Positions 44,922-55,315 of a stretch of DNA of 64,000 nucleotides are shown in pieces (the first letter of the stretch is position 1; each line of letters opens with the position of its first letter). The stretch lies in the NCBI RefSeq assembly GCF_004362215.1, contig NZ_SNWR01000001.1, forward strand, positions 2,255,944 through 2,319,943. Reading direction: 5' to 3'. The notes beneath the pieces are model-generated. The model was not told the DNA's origin. It did no database searches and was given only the letters and a program-made list of their open reading frames with translations. The position numbers and the translations under genes were made by a program. This DNA is from Paractinoplanes brasiliensis (lineage in GTDB: Bacteria > Actinomycetota > Actinomycetes > Mycobacteriales > Micromonosporaceae).

Positions 44922-45764
44922 ATGGCTCGCCGCTGGCATGTGGGCGCGTTCGGGGTTATGGCGGTTTTCGCGCTGGCCTGTGAGGCGGGCGCGGGTGGCG
45001 CGGGAGGATCGGAGCCGACGGGGGCGCCGCCCAAGGGGTATCCGTCGTCGATGGCGGCGCTCGGCGACTCGATCACGGCGGGTTTCGGCAGCTGCGGGGC
45101 GTTCCTGGTGTGCGGGCGCAACTCGTGGGCGACGGGCACGGCCGACGCGGTGGACAGCCATTACCGGCGGATCCTGGCGAAGAACCCGCGGATCAGGGCG
45201 AAGGCGCGCAACTTCGCGCGGCCGGGAGCCAGGGCCGGCGATCTGCCCGGGCAGGTGGCGCAGGCGATCGACATGAAGGCCCAGTACGTGACGATCCTGA
45301 TCGGGGCCAACGACGCCTGCGCGGGGTCGACCGCCGCGATGACTTCGGTGAGCACGTTCCGCAGCCGCGTCGACCGGGGGCTGAACCGGCTCAAGAAGGG
45401 CCTGCCCAAGGCGGACGTGCTGGTCGTCGGCATCCCGGACGTGTACCGGCTGTGGCAGCAGGGCCGCAAGAACGATCGCGCGGTGCGGGCGTGGCAGCGG
45501 TTCGACACCTGCCAGTCGATGCTGGCCGACCCGACCTCGACCGACGACGCCGACAACAAGCGGCGGCGGGACGTGCGGGCCCGGATCAACGACTACAACG
45601 ACGAGCTGGCCGAGGCGTGCGCGAAGTACGGCAGCCGGTGCCGCTGGGACGACGACGTGCACGAGGCCGGTTTCAGCCTCGACCTCGTCAACCAGGTCGA
45701 CTTCTTCCACCCGGACGCGGAAGGCCAGGCCGAACTGGCTGACCTGACGTACGGATTCAAATAG
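44922..45764 (+). CDS. secreted SGNH/GDSL lipase-esterase lipoprotein
   Basis: Signal with lipobox VFALAC. GDS block MAALGDSITAGFG, GxND block ILIGANDA and C-terminal DxxHP (DFFHPD). Confidence 0.75.
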   Translation: MARRWHVGAFGVMAVFALACEAGAGGAGGSEPTGAPPKGYPSSMAALGDSITAGFGSCGAFLVCGRNSWATGTADAVDSHYRRILAKNPRIRAKARNFARPGARAGDLPGQVAQAIDMKAQYVTILIGANDACAGSTAAMTSVSTFRSRVDRGLNRLKKGLPKADVLVVGIPDVYRLWQQGRKNDRAVRAWQRFDTCQSMLADPTSTDDADNKRRRDVRARINDYNDELAEACAKYGSRCRWDDDVHEAGFSLDLVNQVDFFHPDAEGQAELADLTYGFK

Positions 45765-45823
45765 TCTGCAACCCTTTACCGCCCCGGCGCCGACATAGAG
45801 GCAACAGGACGGGGAGGAACCGG

Positions 45824-46336
45824 ATGCGGGCCGACAAGGACCGGGATTACGTCGAATACGTGCGGGTGCGGCTGCCGCGCCTGCATCGCATGGCGTACAT
45901 GCTCTGCTCGGACGCGCACCAGGCCGACGACATCGTGCAAGCCACGCTCACCGCGCTCTACGTGCACTGGCGCCGGGCAACCACGGCCGACAACATCGAC
46001 GGGTACGTGCACCGGATCATGGTGCGGCGCTACCTGGACGAGCGTCGCCGCCGGTGGTCGCGGGTGCTGCTGGGCGATCACGTGCCGGAGGTGGCCGAGG
46101 CGGCGCCGGGAGCCGACAACGGGTACGGCGACCGGGACGCGTTGGCCACCGCTCTGCGCAAGCTGCCGAAGGGGCAGCGGGCCGTGGTGGTGCTGCGCTA
46201 TTTCGGCGACCTGACCGTCGAGCAGACGGCCGAGGCGCTGGGTTGTTCGACGGGCAACGTCAAGAGCCAGTGCGCTCGTGGGCTGGCCACTCTCCGCGCG
46301 ACGATGGCCCCGGTGGCCGAAAGGGAGCGGTCGTGA
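45824..46336 (+). CDS. ECF-family RNA polymerase sigma factor (SigE-like)
   Basis: Sigma-70 region 2 (DDIVQATLTALYVHW) and region 4 (LTVEQTAEALGCSTGNVKSQ). Confidence 0.8.
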   Translation: MRADKDRDYVEYVRVRLPRLHRMAYMLCSDAHQADDIVQATLTALYVHWRRATTADNIDGYVHRIMVRRYLDERRRRWSRVLLGDHVPEVAEAAPGADNGYGDRDALATALRKLPKGQRAVVVLRYFGDLTVEQTAEALGCSTGNVKSQCARGLATLRATMAPVAERERS

Positions 46337-47481
46337 ACAACGACGAACAGCAACTGCGGGAGCGGCTCGAGGCGATGACGGCGCCGACCAGCCGGCTCGA
46401 GGCCGAAACCCTGCTGCAGGCGGGCCGGCGCCGGTCCTTTCGCCGCCGCTCGTGGCAGGCGGCGAGCGGGGTGGCGCTCGCAACCGGACTTGTGGTGGCG
46501 GTGCCCATCGCGCTGAGGACGCCGGACGCACCGGATCCGGTGATCGTGGCCGACAAGCCGACGCAGTCGGCGGCGGCGAAGGTGAAATGCAGGTCGACTC
46601 CCCTTCCGGTGCCGAAGGGCGCCAAGGAGGCCACGGCCGAGGGCGTCGACCCCACCGGGCGGTACATCATCGGGCACGATTCAAAGGGGCAGGACTTCCT
46701 GCCGATCCTGTGGACCGACGGCGTGCCGCAGCGGCTGCCCCAGGTCGAGGACTCGGTGCAGCTGACGACGGTGAACGCGAGCGGCGTGGTGGCCGGCCTG
46801 GCGACCTCGGACAACGAGGAGTACGCCTTCCGCTACGAGAACGGGCAGTACACCCGGCTCAAGACGCCGCCGGGCCAGTGGACGATCTATCCGTGGCCGA
46901 CGATGAACGCCGCCGGTGACATCGTCATCAACGCCGAGCCCAAGGGCAACAGCGGGGGCAAGGACAGCATCGCGCTGTACTGGAAGGCGGGCACGACCGA
47001 GGCGGTCACGCTGCCGCTGCCCACGGAGGCCAACGTCTACGACATCACCGACGACGGCCTGATCGTCGGCGGCAAGTATGTGAAGGGCGAGGCGCGCGAG
47101 GCGTACGCGTGGGACCTCTCCGGCAAGGGCACCAAGCTGGACACGCCGTCGGGCACCAAGTCGGTCGCATACGCCGTCGAGGGCGACTGGGCCACCGGCG
47201 GTCTGTGGCGCGGCGACGAGGACGCCAAGGTGGGGCTCTGGAACGTGCGGACGGGCAAGCGCACCGCGGTCGACGGCTCGGGGCCGGGTGACGCCGTCAA
47301 CCGGGACTCCTGGGTCGTGGCGGCGGGCGCGGCGTACCGCGACGGCAAGCGGCTCGACCTGGACGCGCCCAAGGGGCAGGAAGTGTTCGTACGCGGGGTC
47401 TCGAACACGGGTGTGATCGTGGGCGTCACGCGGGCGCCCGTCGGCAACGAGCAGTACGGCCCGAAGACGTGGAAGTGCTGA
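46333..47481 (+). CDS. membrane-anchored protein co-transcribed with the ECF sigma factor (putative anti-sigma or sigma-associated extracytoplasmic protein)
   Basis: GTG start overlapping the sigma gene stop (GTGA). A single TM helix then a roughly 300-aa beta-rich extracytoplasmic domain. Confidence 0.5.
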   Translation: MNNDEQQLRERLEAMTAPTSRLEAETLLQAGRRRSFRRRSWQAASGVALATGLVVAVPIALRTPDAPDPVIVADKPTQSAAAKVKCRSTPLPVPKGAKEATAEGVDPTGRYIIGHDSKGQDFLPILWTDGVPQRLPQVEDSVQLTTVNASGVVAGLATSDNEEYAFRYENGQYTRLKTPPGQWTIYPWPTMNAAGDIVINAEPKGNSGGKDSIALYWKAGTTEAVTLPLPTEANVYDITDDGLIVGGKYVKGEAREAYAWDLSGKGTKLDTPSGTKSVAYAVEGDWATGGLWRGDEDAKVGLWNVRTGKRTAVDGSGPGDAVNRDSWVVAAGAAYRDGKRLDLDAPKGQEVFVRGVSNTGVIVGVTRAPVGNEQYGPKTWKC

Positions 47482-47485
47482 CGCC

Positions 47486-48559
47486 TTAGCGGCGGCGGGA
47501 TGGTGGGGCGGCCCAGACGAACCGGGGCGCGGCGGCCGGCAAGGCCAGGGCGCGGTAGCTCGGCTCGACCGGCCGTCCCCTGTCCGGCGGGCGCCAGATC
47601 GGCGGCGGGCCCCACCAGATGACCCGATCGCCGGTCGGCTGAGGCAGCACGGGCAGCGGCGGCGCGCCCAGCGCGTGGCGGGGCGCCTGGGGCGGCAGGG
47701 CCTTGGACGGCTCCTCGGCCGCCTCGACATGGGTGGCGTGAGTCGCGGGGGCGGTGGCCAGCACGATCGCCGCCCCGACGGTGCAGGCGCAGGCGATGCC
47801 CGCGGGCAGCAGCCAGCCGTCGCGAACGGTGTCACCCAGGAACGCGACGGCCACGATGGACGGCGCCATCACCTCGGCCGTCCAGTGGATCGCGGTGACC
47901 GGGCCGACGTCGCCGTGCTGCAGGGCATGCGCGTACAGGGTCATGCCGGTGCCGGCGAAGACCAGCAGCGCGGCGGTCAACGGCTCGGTGACCAGGATCA
48001 GCCCGGTCTCGCCGGCGCTCGCGCCCGCGGGGATCGGCAGCGAACGGCCGACCAGGGCCGCGCCGCCCAGCGACAGGCCGGCGCAGGCCGCGATGACCCC
48101 GCCGGGCGCGTCCACCTTGACCGCGCCGTAACCCACCAGCACCATCGCGGCGGCCGCACCGCAGAGCGCGAAACGCAGCTCGCCGGGGGTGTGCACCTCG
48201 TGCTGCGGGGCGGCCGAGAAAGCCAGGAAGGTCAGCGAGACGATGGTGACCAGGATTGCTGCCGAGTCTCGGCGGCGCAGGCGGGAACCGAGCCAGATGC
48301 GGGCGCCGAGCACAGTCAGCGCGAGCGAGCCGGCCAGGATCGACTCGACGACATAGACCGCGAGCTGCTGCAACGCGATGATCGCGCCGACCCAGGCCAG
48401 GATGTCGAAGAAGATGCCGGCCAGGTAGAGCGGGTGGGCCATCGTCTGGGCCGTGCCCCGGCTGCGGCGGGCGCCGACGGCCTGCAGAATCGAGGCGGTC
48501 GCGTAACAGAGCGAGCCGAAGATGGTGATCGCCAGCGCGAACCACCCGGCCCCGGTCAT
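47486..48559 (-). CDS. polytopic integral membrane protein (hypothetical)
   Basis: Eight to ten hydrophobic helices and a Pro-rich C-terminal tail. Confidence 0.5.
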   Translation of the reverse strand: MTGAGWFALAITIFGSLCYATASILQAVGARRSRGTAQTMAHPLYLAGIFFDILAWVGAIIALQQLAVYVVESILAGSLALTVLGARIWLGSRLRRRDSAAILVTIVSLTFLAFSAAPQHEVHTPGELRFALCGAAAAMVLVGYGAVKVDAPGGVIAACAGLSLGGAALVGRSLPIPAGASAGETGLILVTEPLTAALLVFAGTGMTLYAHALQHGDVGPVTAIHWTAEVMAPSIVAVAFLGDTVRDGWLLPAGIACACTVGAAIVLATAPATHATHVEAAEEPSKALPPQAPRHALGAPPLPVLPQPTGDRVIWWGPPPIWRPPDRGRPVEPSYRALALPAAAPRFVWAAPPSRRR

Positions 48560-48631
48560 TGCCGGGACCAGACGCCATGACGCTGTGTCGATCGAGCAAC
48601 CACGATTTGATGATATGCGGGCGGACCGGTT

Positions 48632-49324
48632 CTAGATAGTGGCCGTGGCGAGAACCTGACCCGCGTACGTCTCCACCTGCACCGCCGCCACGTCGGCCGG
48701 AGCCACCAGCGCGCTGCCGTCGACAGTGGTGCCCTCACTCGCGCCGGTCTCGCTGACCAGCCAGCTCCCGGCGAACTCACGGCGGCCGTCGCTCGCCACC
48801 ACGAACAGGCGGCACTGCGAACCGGCCGGCACCCCGGCCACGGTGGCGCTGAGCCGCACCCAGCCCGCCGCCGGGGTCAGGGTCACGTTCATCGCCGTTC
48901 CCGTCGCGCGGTCGAGCGCCGTCAGCACCCGGGGCGCGGGCGCGCTCGCCGCCGCCACCACCGGCGCGTCCGTCGTGGGGGCGGCGCCGGAACGACCCAC
49001 GTACAGGCCGCCCGCCAGCGCGACCACGGCCGCCGCGACCCCGGCCAGCGTCCACAGCGCGCCACGCCGCCGGGCATGGCTGCGGCCCTCCTCGCGTACC
49101 TGGTTCAAGGTGCGGCGCAGAAGCAGGTCACCGTCGGGCGGCGGGCCCTCCAGGAACGCCTCCGGCGGGATCTCGCCCAGCCGCTCCTCCATCTCGCGCA
49201 GGTCGCCCAGCTCGCGACGGCACTGCGGGCAGTCCTCGACGTGGGCGTGCACGGCCGCCCACTCGTCGTCGTCGAGAACACCCAGGGCGTACGCCCCGAG
49301 CTGCTCGGTCTGGTGCCCGTTCAT
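48632..49324 (-). CDS. zinc-finger (zf-HC2) anti-sigma factor
   Basis: HVEDCPQCRREL HxxxCxxC motif, a single TM helix and an extracytoplasmic domain. The ATGA start/stop overlaps the upstream ECF sigma gene. Confidence 0.75.
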   Translation of the reverse strand: MNGHQTEQLGAYALGVLDDDEWAAVHAHVEDCPQCRRELGDLREMEERLGEIPPEAFLEGPPPDGDLLLRRTLNQVREEGRSHARRRGALWTLAGVAAAVVALAGGLYVGRSGAAPTTDAPVVAAASAPAPRVLTALDRATGTAMNVTLTPAAGWVRLSATVAGVPAGSQCRLFVVASDGRREFAGSWLVSETGASEGTTVDGSALVAPADVAAVQVETYAGQVLATATI

Positions 49325-49782
49325 GAGACTCCCGTCGGCTCGGCGGCACGCAGCGCCTCCCGCAACCGGCGCAACGCCTGATAGCTGCGGGACTTCACCG
49401 TCTCGGCCTCCAGACCGAGCGACGCCGCCGCCTCTTTGACGTCACGCCCCTGGAAGTACAACTGGTTCAACGCCTCACGCTGCTCGGGCGGAAGGGCGCC
49501 GACGGCGACGAGCATCTCCATCGGCCCGGCGGGCACCCCGGGCACGCCCTGCTCCGTCGCCACGGCTCGCACAATCGGAAAAAGATGCGCCCGTACGGCA
49601 CCCCTGTCCTCGCTCAGGGCGGCACCCGCGGACCAGGCGCGCAGCAGGGTCTCGCGAACGATCTCCTCGGCGCGCGCACGATCGCCGCTCAACCGGGTCG
49701 CGTACGCCAGCAGGGCCGCGCCGTGCTCGGCGAACAGCCGGCGCACGAGCACCTCACCGGCCGTCCGGTCGCGTCGGCTCAC
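49321..49782 (-). CDS. ECF-family RNA polymerase sigma factor
   Basis: Sigma-70 region 2 (EEIVRETLLRAW) and region 4 (VKEAAASLGLEAETVKSRSYQALRRLR). Confidence 0.8.
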   Translation of the reverse strand: MSRRDRTAGEVLVRRLFAEHGAALLAYATRLSGDRARAEEIVRETLLRAWSAGAALSEDRGAVRAHLFPIVRAVATEQGVPGVPAGPMEMLVAVGALPPEQREALNQLYFQGRDVKEAAASLGLEAETVKSRSYQALRRLREALRAAEPTGVS

Positions 49783-49805
49783 CCCTTGTTCCCCTTTGTC
49801 ACCCT

Positions 49806-51554
49806 TTATTCCCCGACCCGTAGGATCGAGATGGTGTTGTCGCCGCCGTTCGAGACGTAAGCCAGTCGGCCGTCGGGCGAGACCCCCACCGTACGGGGGC
49901 TCTTGCCGACCTTGACCGTCGCGGTGACCGTGCCCGTACGCCCGTTGAGCACCGAGACCGTGCCGTCGAACTCGTTCACGACATACCCGTACCGGCTGTC
50001 GGCCGAGAACGCGACGCTCTGCGGGTCGCGTCCCACCTTGAACGGGCCGGTGCGCTTCAGGGTGACCGTGTCGATCAGGTCGGCGGTGTCGGCCTCGTAC
50101 CCGGCGACCAGTGCCATCCGCCCGTCCGGCGAGACCGCGATGCTGTGCGGCGCGCGTGACACCGGGATGTTACGGATCACCGTGTTGCTCCGCATGTCGA
50201 TCACCGAGACCGCGTTGGACTCGTGGTTGGCCGTGAACGCGCGCATCTGGTCGCCCGAGAAGCCCACGGCGTGCGGGTTGGGCCGCACCGGCAGCTCCGA
50301 CTCCATGCGCAGCGTGCCAGGGGTGAAGATCTCGAGCCGGCCGTCGCTGTGGATCGGCACCCAGAGCTTGTTGTCCGGGGCCACGGCCAGCGTGTACGGC
50401 ATGTCCCCGGTGTCCAGGTAGCGGATGACCTTGCGGCTGGTCGCGTCGACGACCGCCACGCCGCTGCCGGTGCGCTTGTCGTCCTCGTACATGGAGACGA
50501 AAACCGTACGGCCGTCGCGGGACACCGCCACGAAGCGGGGCGTGTTGCGCACCTGCACCGGGGAGACCTTGCGGCTGGCGACGTCCACGACGGACAGGAT
50601 GCGGCTGTTCTGGTTCGCCACATAGACCGTACGGCCGTCGGGCGAGACGGCGACACCCTCGGGCTCGGCGCCGACCCGCACCGTGGCGATCACCCGGGGT
50701 CTGGCGACGCTTTTCACGCGCGCGGCGGCCAGCGGGACCTTCGTCAGGCCGGGGGCCGGGGTCTGCTTGAGCTCGGCGGCGGCCGGCTGCTCGCTGGGCA
50801 GGGGCGCGGCGACGATCGGGTTGGCCGGGGTGCGGCGATCGTCGAGCAGGGTCATCGCGACACCGGCGCCGCCCAGCACCACCAGGGAGGTGAGAATCGC
50901 GACGAGGATCGTGGTGCCGATCTGGCGGCGGGCGGGCGGGGGCGGCGCGGGCAGGACGGTGACACGGGCGGGGCCGTAGCCGCCGGCGACCATTCCTCCG
51001 TCGTACGTGCGCAGGCCGGCGGGCTCGCCACCACGGGAGGTGCCGTAGTCGGCGGGGCCGTGGACCGGCGGCGCGGCGCTGGTGACCTGACCCGTGACCC
51101 GGACCTCGGCCCAGCCGGCCGGACCGCGGACGGTCACCGAGCCGTCCAGCCAGTCCGACCTCGGCAGCCACATGATCCGCAGCGTGCGGTCGTGGAGCAT
51201 CGCGCGCAGGCCCGGGCCCGAGACGGTGACCGTGGCGCCGGCGACGGCCAGCGGCGGGCCCTCGACCCGTACGTCGGCGACCAGGCGCGGCGTCTCGGCG
51301 GCGACCGGGCCGAAATCGATGCGCTCGGGATCGAGGCGTACGGCTGTGCGTTCCAGCGCTGCGGCAGCGGCGGCTGACACGGCACGGCTGTCGTCGTCGG
51401 TCATCTGCTGCAGCACCTGGCGGGCGGCGTGCGCCATCCCCAGGTCGGCGCCCCAGGCCAGGCGGGCGAGCCCGTCGATCCCGGCCAGGCGAGACTCCCG
51501 GATCGGACTGCCGATCTCGGTCAACACACTCTGCGGTAGCCCAGTTTCACTCAT
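49806..51554 (-). CDS. membrane-anchored YVTN-family beta-propeller repeat protein
   Basis: TM segment, then repeated roughly 40-aa units with the signatures YVANQNSRILSVVD, VFVSMYEDD, AYVSNGGDNTISIL. Confidence 0.7.
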   Translation of the reverse strand: MSETGLPQSVLTEIGSPIRESRLAGIDGLARLAWGADLGMAHAARQVLQQMTDDDSRAVSAAAAAALERTAVRLDPERIDFGPVAAETPRLVADVRVEGPPLAVAGATVTVSGPGLRAMLHDRTLRIMWLPRSDWLDGSVTVRGPAGWAEVRVTGQVTSAAPPVHGPADYGTSRGGEPAGLRTYDGGMVAGGYGPARVTVLPAPPPPARRQIGTTILVAILTSLVVLGGAGVAMTLLDDRRTPANPIVAAPLPSEQPAAAELKQTPAPGLTKVPLAAARVKSVARPRVIATVRVGAEPEGVAVSPDGRTVYVANQNSRILSVVDVASRKVSPVQVRNTPRFVAVSRDGRTVFVSMYEDDKRTGSGVAVVDATSRKVIRYLDTGDMPYTLAVAPDNKLWVPIHSDGRLEIFTPGTLRMESELPVRPNPHAVGFSGDQMRAFTANHESNAVSVIDMRSNTVIRNIPVSRAPHSIAVSPDGRMALVAGYEADTADLIDTVTLKRTGPFKVGRDPQSVAFSADSRYGYVVNEFDGTVSVLNGRTGTVTATVKVGKSPRTVGVSPDGRLAYVSNGGDNTISILRVGE

Positions 51555-51764
51555 AGTGTCCCCGCGATCATCATGCGGTGACGACAGTCCTCAAGGGAAG
51601 ACGCCGGGTGAAATTGGCACCATCCGATGTTGAGCTGCCAAAATCGCCAGGTTCAAGGTGGACGCGAAGGTCACCCGGGCCCAGGAGAAGCCTTCCACCA
51701 CCGGTCGCCCCAGGTTCGGATGGTGGATTGTCGACCTCTTCGGGCCCGGGTTCTGCGCCTGCGG

Positions 51765-52337
51765 TCAGCCGTTGCTCAGCCGCCACCCCTCGGTGGTCGT
51801 CGGCGCGTTGGCGGTCGCCCGGGTGAGCGGTCCCGAAGGCGTGCAGGCGTTCAGTCCGCCGACCCACCGGTACTCCTGCACGTCGTACGTGACGAGGTAT
51901 GCCTCGACGCCGTACTCGCCGACCACTCGGCCGTGGGGCGGGACGACAGCCGTGGTCGACACGCCGATCGCAGTGGTGCGGCTCCGCTGGATGGTGCTGC
52001 TGAGATTGGTGGTGAGGAACCCGAAAAGGGATGCGGACGTTCCCGCCGTCACGCTGATCGAGAACGTTTTCGACACCTGCGACGTGAACGTCGCCTGGGC
52101 CGGCTGGTCAAGATTGTTGGTGACGGACCTGCTGTCGCTCACGTTGAACGCCGGGACCGCGCCGACCAGGGAGTAGAGGTAGGCGTATCCGCCGACGATT
52201 CCGCGGATGGTGCCGGGCGGGCATGGGGTGGCGGCGAGGGCAGCGCCTGGGGTGACGGCGACCGCAAGTGCCGAGACGAGCATCGACGCGGCAGCGGCGC
52301 CGGCCCACCTCCGGGTGGGACCGTGCGAATTGGGCAT
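51765..52337 (-). CDS. secreted hypothetical protein
   Basis: Signal peptide AASMLVSALAVAVTPGAALA; Ser/Thr-rich mature domain. Confidence 0.45.
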   Translation of the reverse strand: MPNSHGPTRRWAGAAAASMLVSALAVAVTPGAALAATPCPPGTIRGIVGGYAYLYSLVGAVPAFNVSDSRSVTNNLDQPAQATFTSQVSKTFSISVTAGTSASLFGFLTTNLSSTIQRSRTTAIGVSTTAVVPPHGRVVGEYGVEAYLVTYDVQEYRWVGGLNACTPSGPLTRATANAPTTTEGWRLSNG

Positions 52338-52519
52338 CTGGCTCCTCCATCATCCGGACAAGAGACGAGCACGGCGCCGTGTGGCCGCCCGTCTGATCGG
52401 CTGGGCTCGACAGGGACATGATGGTGAGTGGTCCGCGAGGCGGGTACGCATTCCGTACAACGCCGTACATCGACGAACACGTGTTGCCCGCACCATCCGG
52501 CCGGAACTCAGGTGTGCGG

Positions 52520-54007
52520 TCAGGTCCAGCCGCGGGCACGGATTCGCGCTACCGCCGTCGAAAGCAGCCGGACACCGCTCACCGATATCGGGTCGACGCC
52601 AGTCAATGTTCGAATGTGTTCCAGGCGATGCGCCACCGTACCGGGCTGGATGTTGAGTGCGGTTGCTGTCGCCGTCCGGTCCAGGTCGTTGAGATAAAGA
52701 GCGTCGAGGGTGGCTACCAGTTCCGGGTTGACGGCCAGCGGCTGCACCACCGCGCGAAGCCACGAGTCCACCCTGGGGACGTTAGTCACGGACAGCTCGA
52801 CGAAAAGATCCGCGATGGCGTGCAGACGTGCGGGGCGGTCCTCCATCGGGGCGACAACGCTGGCCTCCCGCGCCCAGGTGAGGCTGTCGGCGAGGCTTCC
52901 AACCCTGCCGTCGACCGTTGCGGCCTGGCACGGGCGCCCGACCGTCTTCACGGCCAGGCGTACATGGTCCAGCGCCCGCGCCTGAACCGCTTCACCGACG
53001 CCCGGTGTGAGTAGTACCAGTTCGTCGGGAGCGAGCCATGCGACCGGGACCAGGCGGCGGGCCAACGCCCGTGACGCCTCGTCCCGTGCTTCCGGCGGCG
53101 GAGCAGGCGGGGGAAACCGAAGCACTGACACGAGATGACGCGGCGCCACCGGGGAGTCGAGCGCGCCGACAAGTATCGGCTCCACCGGTTCGTCCGAGAG
53201 CAGCGCCCGCGCGAGGAACTCAGTGCGCGTTGTCAGCACCTGAGACGCGTCCACGCCGTTCATGTAGCCGCGTAGGTACGCCTGCCGCGCGCGTATGCCT
53301 TGCGGGCCGAACCAGCTCACAATCCGCAGCAGGTCGTTGACGTGATCGGGACGCGACATGTCGTGCACCTCGCGCAGCATCGCCGTGGTGTGCAGACTGA
53401 GGACCTTTTGCTGCGACGGCACGGACAAGCCAAGTTCGGCCCGGCGCCGACCGGCCGACGCGATCACCGACAGGTCCGCGTCGCTCAGCGGACGCTCCGC
53501 CGCCGCGAGGTCGAGGGTGCGTCGCCGGATGAAGACAGCGAAGTCCAGCACGTCGGTCAAGCTGTCGGCACCGGCCGAGCGATATTCGTCGACTTCACGC
53601 GCGTACACGTCGACCGCGTGCCGAGCGTTGATCTCCACCTGATCGCGCAACAGCTGGAACAGGGAGCCAGGACGCGCTGGGTCCTGCACAGCCTCCGGTG
53701 CGGTAACACCGGGGCCGGCTTGTCGCGCGCGGCGGTTCTCCTCGACCCGGTCGCGCGCCTCGGCCAGGGCGCCCTGCTCGGCCGGAGTGGCACCGAGGAG
53801 AGCGACCAGCGCGTCGAACCGGTCGGTGGGCGGCAGCGTCTTCGCGGTGAAGTATTCGGCGATCGCCGTCGGGGACCAGCCGGTGCGGCCGGCCATCTCC
53901 CGGTAGGTGAGCGGACTGTCGCGGCCGCGGCGGGCGTGTCGACGCCGGAGATCCCGCAGCAACTGAGCGAGGTCGGCGATCGTCCGGACGCCGGCGGCGG
54001 CCGGCAT
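52520..54007 (-). CDS. transcriptional regulator with N-terminal XRE-like HTH and C-terminal PucR-type HTH
   Basis: N-terminal LTYREMAGRTGWSPTAIAEYFT; C-terminal PucR-like LDALYLNDLDRTATATALNIQPGTVAHRLEHIRTLTG. ATG at 54005-54007; the upstream 187 in-frame residues are nonsense. Confidence 0.65.
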   Translation of the reverse strand: MPAAAGVRTIADLAQLLRDLRRRHARRGRDSPLTYREMAGRTGWSPTAIAEYFTAKTLPPTDRFDALVALLGATPAEQGALAEARDRVEENRRARQAGPGVTAPEAVQDPARPGSLFQLLRDQVEINARHAVDVYAREVDEYRSAGADSLTDVLDFAVFIRRRTLDLAAAERPLSDADLSVIASAGRRRAELGLSVPSQQKVLSLHTTAMLREVHDMSRPDHVNDLLRIVSWFGPQGIRARQAYLRGYMNGVDASQVLTTRTEFLARALLSDEPVEPILVGALDSPVAPRHLVSVLRFPPPAPPPEARDEASRALARRLVPVAWLAPDELVLLTPGVGEAVQARALDHVRLAVKTVGRPCQAATVDGRVGSLADSLTWAREASVVAPMEDRPARLHAIADLFVELSVTNVPRVDSWLRAVVQPLAVNPELVATLDALYLNDLDRTATATALNIQPGTVAHRLEHIRTLTGVDPISVSGVRLLSTAVARIRARGWT

Positions 54008-54438
54008 CAACGGGTTGCCGGTCTGCTGCGCTGATCCGTCCAGCACCCGGATACTCCCTCGACGTCGGCGCTCCGGCCGGGTGCGGTGGGCGTCGGCCTG
54101 GTGCAACGAATGGCCCTGCTGCGAACGAGCCCCAGCCCGCCATCGTCCGACTTCTATGCGCGGACGATGGTCCTCATGCAACGACCTGCCCGTTTCCGGC
54201 AGGTTTCTCGGGCATGAACTCCGCGTGCCGTCAGGATCGACCGGCCTCGCATGCGGTGGGTCACGGAAGGGCAAGATCGGCATCTGGACCGGCACCAACG
54301 CCGGCCGCTCGGGCAGCAGTTCTGGCGCCGGTCGAGCAGTCCGGGCAAGCCTGGCTGAGCGAAAGAGCCGTCGTTCGCAGAGGGGCACAAACCGTACTCG
54401 TTGATGGAGTTTAGAGAAATGGCTCCTACAGTCGATGG

Positions 54439-55284
54439 ATGGAGATGGAGGTGCTCCGGCCCGCGGGCAGTGAGCGGACACCACCCACGGTTGGGGAGCC
54501 GCGGCCTCCGAACTGGTGGAAACGCCCGGACGTACGCCGAAGAATCGCCCTGGGCGTGGTCGTCGCATGGGCCGTGGCGATCACCGGAGTGGTGCTGTTC
54601 CGGGGCGGCGGCGACGACCCGGGGGCGCGGGCAGGCGCACCTCCCTCGGTTGCGCCGTCGTCGGACGGGCCGCTCACCGTCCCGCAGGTGTATCAGGCGC
54701 TGCGGCCCTCGGTGGTGCTGATCAAGGCGACCGGCAGCGGGCAGGGCGCCGACACGGGCACGGGCGTGATCGTCAACGCCGACGGCACCATCCTCACGGC
54801 GTTTCACGTCGTCGAGGGCGCCAAGACGATCACCGTCTCGTACGCCGATGGCACCGAGTCGCCGGCGACGGTCGCGTCGCAGAGCCCGGCGCAGGACATC
54901 GCCACCCTCAGCCCCCAGAAGCTGCCCGAGACCCTCGTGCCGGCCGTGCTCGGCGGTGGCGCCGGGATCGGGGACGCCGTCGTGGCCGTCGGCAACCCGC
55001 TCGGGCTCACCGCGACCACCACCAGCGGCGTCGTCTCGGGCCTCGAACGCACGCTCAGCCGCGACGAGGGCGGCGACATCGCGGGGCTCATCCAGTTCGA
55101 CGCGGCGGTCAACCCGGGCAGCTCCGGCGGGCCGCTCATCAACGACCAGGCCCAGGTGATCGGAATCGTGGTCGCCCTCGCCAACCCGACCGACGACGGC
55201 ACCTTCATCGGCATCGGCTTCGCCGTCCCGATCGGCTCCGCGCTCGGGGCCGGCCAGGGCGACGGCCAGAACCCACCGCTGTAA
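54439..55284 (+). CDS. membrane-anchored trypsin-like serine protease (S1C, HtrA-like without PDZ)
   Basis: Catalytic His (ILTAFHVVEGA), Asp (DIATL) and Ser (GSSGGP). Confidence 0.75.
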   Translation: MEMEVLRPAGSERTPPTVGEPRPPNWWKRPDVRRRIALGVVVAWAVAITGVVLFRGGGDDPGARAGAPPSVAPSSDGPLTVPQVYQALRPSVVLIKATGSGQGADTGTGVIVNADGTILTAFHVVEGAKTITVSYADGTESPATVASQSPAQDIATLSPQKLPETLVPAVLGGGAGIGDAVVAVGNPLGLTATTTSGVVSGLERTLSRDEGGDIAGLIQFDAAVNPGSSGGPLINDQAQVIGIVVALANPTDDGTFIGIGFAVPIGSALGAGQGDGQNPPL

Positions 55285-55315
55285 CCAGCGCCGGAGAGCA
55301 CAGAGGGACGGACGT